Virus record (IMG/VR): IMGVR_UViG_3300033121_000823
Location: 1-19,347 of that record
DNA from: a virus
Lineage: Duplodnaviria; Heunggongvirae; Uroviricota; Caudoviricetes
DNA length: 19,347 bases
Direction: 5' to 3' (one strand)
Below the pieces are notes generated by a model. The model saw only the letters and a program-made list of their open reading frames with translations. It was not told the DNA's origin and ran no database searches. The position numbers were made by a program, and so were the translations under genes. This document shows positions 15,534 to 19,347 of this stretch, in pieces. How positions within the stretch are numbered: the stretch's first letter is position 1; the number at the start of each line of letters is the position of its first letter.

Positions 15534-15960
15534 GATAAATTAAACTCCTCATTAAAGTTATTTGGCCTTCACCAAGCGTTTCCAATAATTCATCTGGAAC
15601 TTTACAAAGTATTTTTGATATACTTTCACACAGTTCTTCAAAAATTTCATATGAGACAGGTTCTTCGCCCTCTCCGAACCAATCTTTGTAATCATTCTCA
15701 TTACCAATTTCTTGAAATGGACAATCATTAAGTGTTACGCAGTCATAGTTTACGATAAACGTACATGGTTCGCCATCATTCCATTCTGGAGTTTCCTGGT
15801 TCCAGCCGATTGACTCAACTTGTGGATACTTATCGAAGACAAGTTCTTTAAATAATAGTGTAAGTTCATTAATTACTTCTTTTGAGAGACGTTCTGTCTC
15901 TTTCTTATAAGTATCTAGCGCAACGTGGAACTTCTTAGTTATTTCTTCAATATTTGACAT
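15520..15960 (-). CDS. Unknown-function protein, NDG[ED]PC family, paralog 2 (146 aa)
   Basis: IGWNQETPEWNDGEPCTFIVN. Confidence 0.8.
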   Translation of the reverse strand: MSNIEEITKKFHVALDTYKKETERLSKEVINELTLLFKELVFDKYPQVESIGWNQETPEWNDGEPCTFIVNYDCVTLNDCPFQEIGNENDYKDWFGEGEEPVSYEIFEELCESISKILCKVPDELLETLGEGQITLMRSLIYRATY

Positions 15961-15979
15961 GTTACAAATCCTTGTTCAG

Positions 15980-16390
15980 TTAATCGTGGTTAATGCATTT
16001 ACAATGAACATTTAAATCTCTATCTATTTCAATAAATGATTCGCCGAATTCTTCTAGGACGGAGTCTGGAGTTGAATTTAAAATATTCGAAACTATCTCA
16101 CAAACCTTTTCAAAAGTCGCGGCGTCGAATACTTCATCGGCATCCATATCTTCCAATGCCATTTCATTAACTCTAATCCTGTCCTCATCAGAGTGTACAC
16201 TAAAATGACAAGGGTCTCCATCATTAAAATATGGAGTATACTGCGGCCACCCAACACTTTCTACTGTAGAATACTTATCAAAAACTTCCTCCTTCAACGT
16301 AGAAAGAAAGAGTTTCCTTATAGAATCTTCTTTGATTTTGATAGTACGATAATAATCCTGCATCAATTCGCCCAACGCTTCAAGACTCAT
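15980..16390 (-). CDS. Unknown-function protein, NDG[ED]PC family, paralog 1 (136 aa)
   Basis: VGWPQYTPYFNDGDPCHFSVH; GGGGAG SD. Confidence 0.8.
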   Translation of the reverse strand: MSLEALGELMQDYYRTIKIKEDSIRKLFLSTLKEEVFDKYSTVESVGWPQYTPYFNDGDPCHFSVHSDEDRIRVNEMALEDMDADEVFDAATFEKVCEIVSNILNSTPDSVLEEFGESFIEIDRDLNVHCKCINHD

Positions 16391-16428
16391 ACACTCCCCT
16401 TATTAAAAATAAAGACTATTTATAGTAG

Positions 16429-16514
16429 TGGCGACTGTAGGATTCGAACCTACATCTGTCCAGTCCTGAATTTATTCAGGGTTAGAACCATTCTTCCAAT
16501 TATACCAAATCGCC
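16429..16514 (-). ncRNA. tRNA-like RNA with a hairpin in place of the anticodon loop
   Basis: Acceptor GGCGATT/AGTCGCC, D-loop with GG, canonical T-arm GTAGG-TTCGAAT-CCTAC; 21 nt instead of 7 between positions 31 and 39. Confidence 0.75.
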
Positions 16515-16527
16515 AAGGGCATAGCCC

Positions 16528-18153
16528 TTACACTTCCAAGAAGTTCAGGATTTCTTGGTCTAGTGCTATCTTCATCATTTCCAGCGGATTCAACTTACGT
16601 TGCTCACCAGTTTCCTTGTCTACTATCTTCTCGCTTTCGCCTTCCAAGATTAGACTTACGACTGAGCCATCCATGCCGGAAATTAACACGGTTCCCGCAT
16701 CATCCATCTTTGATGGAACATCCTTTCCGTAGGCGTTTACATTCCACCAAATGATTGTCATCTTTGGCAGACCTACAGCAGCTAGCTTACGCATAGCTTC
16801 TTCATAGTTTGTATTATCATTGCCTGTAGGATTGAATTGCATATCCGAAACTACTAGGAGTACTCCCGGATAGTCTTCAACCGGAATCTGTGGATTGTGC
16901 TTACGCACTCTCACAATCCCATCAATAACACTTTGGAAGTTTGTTCCACCCCAAGCAACAGGCTGCTTCCTCAATTGGTCAACCTTATCACATAGTGAAC
17001 CAGTCAACTTTATCATTTTGGAAACGGAGTCGAACATTACTACATGGTCCTTAAATGCTCCTTCAATTAAGGATGAGAAGAATATTCCTAGGCCGAGGCA
17101 CACATCAATGGGCTGACACGCCATATTAGTTCCACTACCTCCATAATAGTGGAAACTACCCATACTTCCAGAAGTATCCAATGCACAAAGGACGCCCTTC
17201 TTCAGTAAGTCCTTATTAACATTATCCTTAGCCTTTTCCAATAGACCTTGGAACTGGGCGTCGTATGTAAACCGCTCAACTAGTGAACGCTTAGCATCCT
17301 TAGCCTTCAAGAATAGTTCATAGGGGTATCCAGTGAACTTTGCTACTGGCTTGGACTTAATCCATTGTAAATACTTTTCAGTCAATTCATGCCGCTCAAT
17401 TACGGACTTCCCATCCTTGCCCTTGGAAACAAATTGAGTTAATGCTCTACCAGGAATAGTATTGAAGTTAATACTGTTCCATTCCTTGGCAGCCATTTGA
17501 CGTTGCCATAGATGGGCGTTGTTTTCTGGAGATGACTTAAACTTTCTGTATTCCTCCTCAGTCCATCCTAAGAACTTACATAGACCCTTCGCCCACGCAT
17601 TCTTTCTCTTATGACGCTCATTCTTTACGTTCTTTGCAGAACGAATCTTTGGTAGGAACTTCGCGATTAAACCACGATGGCTTTCAGACTTAATACCAAC
17701 TTCGATTAAGGCATAGACCTGTTCCTTATTAACGTAGTGGAAGTAGTTTGTTGCCGACGAATCATACCACAAATCCTTCCAACATCCAACGATTGGAACT
17801 AGGGAAAGATTCTTATATAGAAGGTCTGGCTTGTTATTTTCTAACCACTTTAAGCTCTTTACGAACTCATCCTTCTGGCCCTGTCCCTTCTGGACATTCT
17901 CAGTTTCTCCGCCATTAATTCCCTTAGCTCTACGAGTAACCATACGGTTGTAGAATACGACCTTCAAGGCTTCCAAAGGACTTTCGCCGAAAATCTTTGC
18001 CATATCTGCATTTACGTCTGTTTCGCTACGACCGCGACACATACCGCTCTTTGCAAAGTAATCCAATACACAATTTCCACTTGTTGAGTTAGAAATAGCA
18101 CCATTAGCAGTTACAGTATCCTTCGACATTGCAGCATTCAAAAACTTACTCAT
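16528..18153 (-). CDS. DUF2828-like helical domain plus C-terminal vWA domain protein (Ro60/TROVE-like architecture), 541 aa
   Basis: N-terminal TANGAISNSTSGNCVLDYF, GCWKDL, AKFLP, QMAAKEWNSINFNTIPGRA; vWA motifs LDTSGSM, GGTNFQSV, VVSDMQF. AGGAG SD. Confidence 0.8.
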   Translation of the reverse strand: MSKFLNAAMSKDTVTANGAISNSTSGNCVLDYFAKSGMCRGRSETDVNADMAKIFGESPLEALKVVFYNRMVTRRAKGINGGETENVQKGQGQKDEFVKSLKWLENNKPDLLYKNLSLVPIVGCWKDLWYDSSATNYFHYVNKEQVYALIEVGIKSESHRGLIAKFLPKIRSAKNVKNERHKRKNAWAKGLCKFLGWTEEEYRKFKSSPENNAHLWQRQMAAKEWNSINFNTIPGRALTQFVSKGKDGKSVIERHELTEKYLQWIKSKPVAKFTGYPYELFLKAKDAKRSLVERFTYDAQFQGLLEKAKDNVNKDLLKKGVLCALDTSGSMGSFHYYGGSGTNMACQPIDVCLGLGIFFSSLIEGAFKDHVVMFDSVSKMIKLTGSLCDKVDQLRKQPVAWGGTNFQSVIDGIVRVRKHNPQIPVEDYPGVLLVVSDMQFNPTGNDNTNYEEAMRKLAAVGLPKMTIIWWNVNAYGKDVPSKMDDAGTVLISGMDGSVVSLILEGESEKIVDKETGEQRKLNPLEMMKIALDQEILNFLEV

Positions 18154-18177
18154 GTTTACATCTCCTAAAAATTAAAC

Positions 18178-18221
18178 AGATTACACAGTTCCTTGTAGAG
18201 AAAAAATTGCTGAGGTAATCT
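18178..18221 (-). promoter_or_regulatory. CAGCAA hairpin in the leader of the DUF2828-like gene
   Basis: AGATTAC-CT-CAG-CAA-(pyrimidine-rich loop)-CTG-T-GTAATCT, ending 24 nt before the ATG. Confidence 0.55.
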
Positions 18222-18225
18222 AAGG

Positions 18226-18294
18226 TGGTCTATGATAGTTACGACCTATCAACTTCGGAATACGTCCGACGTTTTTCTTTAAGACTAATAGACC
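18226..18294 (-). ncRNA. tRNA-shaped RNA with intact stems and degenerate loops
   Basis: GGTCTAT/ATAGACC (7/7), TCGGA/TCCGA (5/5, 5-nt loop CGTAT), GATAG/CTATC (5/5, loop GTCGTAA), cloverleaf spacing, ends A-CCT. Confidence 0.65.
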
Positions 18295-18326
18295 ATATAT
18301 GCTTTTCCTCTTACATACTTAATTAC

Positions 18327-18435
18327 TGACCGCAAAGCACGTAAGAGTACTTCGCATACTTTGCTAGTATTGTGCTTCACACTCATAGCTAAGTTACTTT
18401 AACATTTTTATTAAAATGTTTGCCGTATGCGGTCA
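18327..18435 (-). ncRNA. 109-nt stem-closed multibranch RNA at the 5' end of the predicted transcript
   Basis: Terminal 8-bp TGACCGCA/TGCGGTCA; internal helices AACATTTT/AAAATGTT, AAGCAC/GTGCTT and ATACT-AGCAA-AGTAT. Confidence 0.55.
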
Positions 18436-18443
18436 CATGCCCT

Positions 18444-18472
18444 ATTATACTAGCTGACGACGGGTCAGTCAA
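18444..18472 (-). promoter_or_regulatory. sigma70-type promoter upstream of the ncRNA/DUF2828-like unit
   Basis: TTGACT-17 nt-TATAAT. Confidence 0.8.
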
Positions 18473-18486
18473 TAGGGTCAAAAGAT

Positions 18487-18915
18487 TTAGGAAACCTCGA
18501 CCTTCCGGACGGGGTCTTTTTGTTTAATAGAAGGAAAAACAGGTATGTTGATTGTCAACAGGCCGTTTTCCATTTTAGCGGATACCTTATCCAGGTCAAA
18601 CTTATCTGATACAGAAAAACTTCTGCTAAAAGCAGATGAATGAATTTCCTTTAAGAAGTGTTTGCCGCCCTTTTCTTCCTTTTTATTACGGGACTTACCA
18701 CTAATAGTTATAATTCCATTATTTACTGTTACCGACACATCTTCTTTAGTTAGGCCGGGAACTGTTGCAGTAATTTTTAAACCGTCGCTTACTTCTTCCA
18801 TATCTAGGCGTGGATAGCCGGAGCCGAATGCATTGGGTAATACATCGCTAAACAACCCATCTAATTCATTTCTGAATGCCGCGAATACGTCATCTACCTT
18901 TGTTAAATTGTACAT
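18487..18915 (-). CDS. Small heat-shock protein (Hsp20/alpha-crystallin family)
   Basis: PRLDMEE...VPGLTKEDVSV...ITISG...FSRSF...AKMENGLLTINIP; AGGAG SD. Confidence 0.93.
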   Translation of the reverse strand: MYNLTKVDDVFAAFRNELDGLFSDVLPNAFGSGYPRLDMEEVSDGLKITATVPGLTKEDVSVTVNNGIITISGKSRNKKEEKGGKHFLKEIHSSAFSRSFSVSDKFDLDKVSAKMENGLLTINIPVFPSIKQKDPVRKVEVS

Positions 18916-18968
18916 ACTTTTCTCCTATTAAATAGTGATTTAGCTTTCCACGGTGGATAAGCTTTTAG

Positions 18969-19038
18969 TACCAGACAAGGGATTCGAACCCTTTCTAAGT
19001 CTTTATGAGGGACTCATGCAGTTCCCGTGCAGTCTGGC
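18969..19038 (-). tRNA. tRNA with CAU anticodon (Met or Ile2), shortened D region
   Basis: GCCAGAC/GTCTGGT, loop CTCATAA, AAGGG-TTCGAAT-CCCTT, A73; no CCA. Confidence 0.78.
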
Positions 19039-19044
19039 TTTAAG

Positions 19045-19311
19045 TTATGGGCTAGGATACTTTACTTGGACAATCTCAATATCTTTATTAATCTCATGCC
19101 AAAACTCATCATCCGACATATGTTCAAAATAGAAGTCTTTTTTCCACCTAAAATAGTTTTTTATACCTTTTTTTGCACCATTAATACTATTATAGGAATC
19201 ATTTTTTAGATGGATTCTAAATCCTTTATAGTATATATGAAATTGTTCTTCGACATAAAAGATACAATCTTCAATCATTTCTTTTACTGATGAATATTTT
19301 TGTTGTGTCAT
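19045..19311 (-). CDS. Hypothetical protein (88 aa)
   Basis: Co-oriented ORF ending just before the CAU tRNA. Confidence 0.65.
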   Translation of the reverse strand: MTQQKYSSVKEMIEDCIFYVEEQFHIYYKGFRIHLKNDSYNSINGAKKGIKNYFRWKKDFYFEHMSDDEFWHEINKDIEIVQVKYPSP

Positions 19312-19347
19312 TTTAATAACTGGAACCTTTTAAGGTCTTCTGTCCTT
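19308..19347 (-). CDS. 3' end of a gene truncated by the window edge
   Basis: Open frame ...RTEDLKRFQLLK* whose TGA overlaps the next ATG (ATGA). Confidence 0.35.
   Translation of the reverse strand, partial: RTEDLKRFQLLK

Noticed and set aside
16465-16480. Group I or archaeal BHB intron in the tRNA-like gene
   Set aside because: 14 extra nt is far too small for group I; I could not draw a clean BHB motif, and excision does not restore a U33 loop.
18916-18968. CIRCE or ROSE heat-shock element before hsp20
   Set aside because: Only an imperfect AGCT-TCCA/TGGA-AGCT hairpin; it does not match TTAGCACTC-N9-GAGTGCTAA and does not sequester the SD.
2548-19209. All plus-strand ORFs in the track (e.g. 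16193-16732, 12449-12766, 9221-9472, 15033-15230)
   Set aside because: Antisense shadows of well-supported minus-strand genes or RNAs; no SD sites or recognisable motifs.
1-19347. CRISPR array, rRNA, transposase or stop-codon reassignment
   Set aside because: No regularly spaced direct repeats, rRNA-like segment or transposase motifs were seen. Known genes are full-length under the standard code, and no suppressor anticodon is present.

Overview
AT-rich segment of a large (jumbo-type) dsDNA phage genome. Every credible gene is on the minus strand, tightly packed, with Shine-Dalgarno sites and the standard genetic code. The left part (57-13542) is a DNA repair and nucleotide metabolism module: ATP-dependent DNA ligase, DenV-like glycosylase, dUTPase, MazG-like and HAD-like hydrolases, a vWA protein, a class II ribonucleotide reductase carrying a 400-aa LAGLIDADG intein, an HNH-endonuclease::dCMP-deaminase fusion and a glycosyltransferase-like gene, mixed with small membrane or secreted ORFs. 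The right part (14098-19038) is a tRNA-rich island with six tRNAs (several atypical), three tandem paralogs of an unknown family, Hsp20 and a DUF2828-like/vWA protein with Ro60/TROVE-like architecture. The most striking signal is around that last gene. It follows its own consensus sigma70 promoter, a 109-nt stem-closed RNA, a tRNA-shaped RNA with degenerate loops and a CAGCAA hairpin. Immediately after it lies a second tRNA-shaped RNA whose anticodon loop is replaced by a hairpin. This is a candidate phage Ro/Y-RNA-like ribonucleoprotein system. All family assignments come from motif recognition by eye; no searches or folding programs were run.
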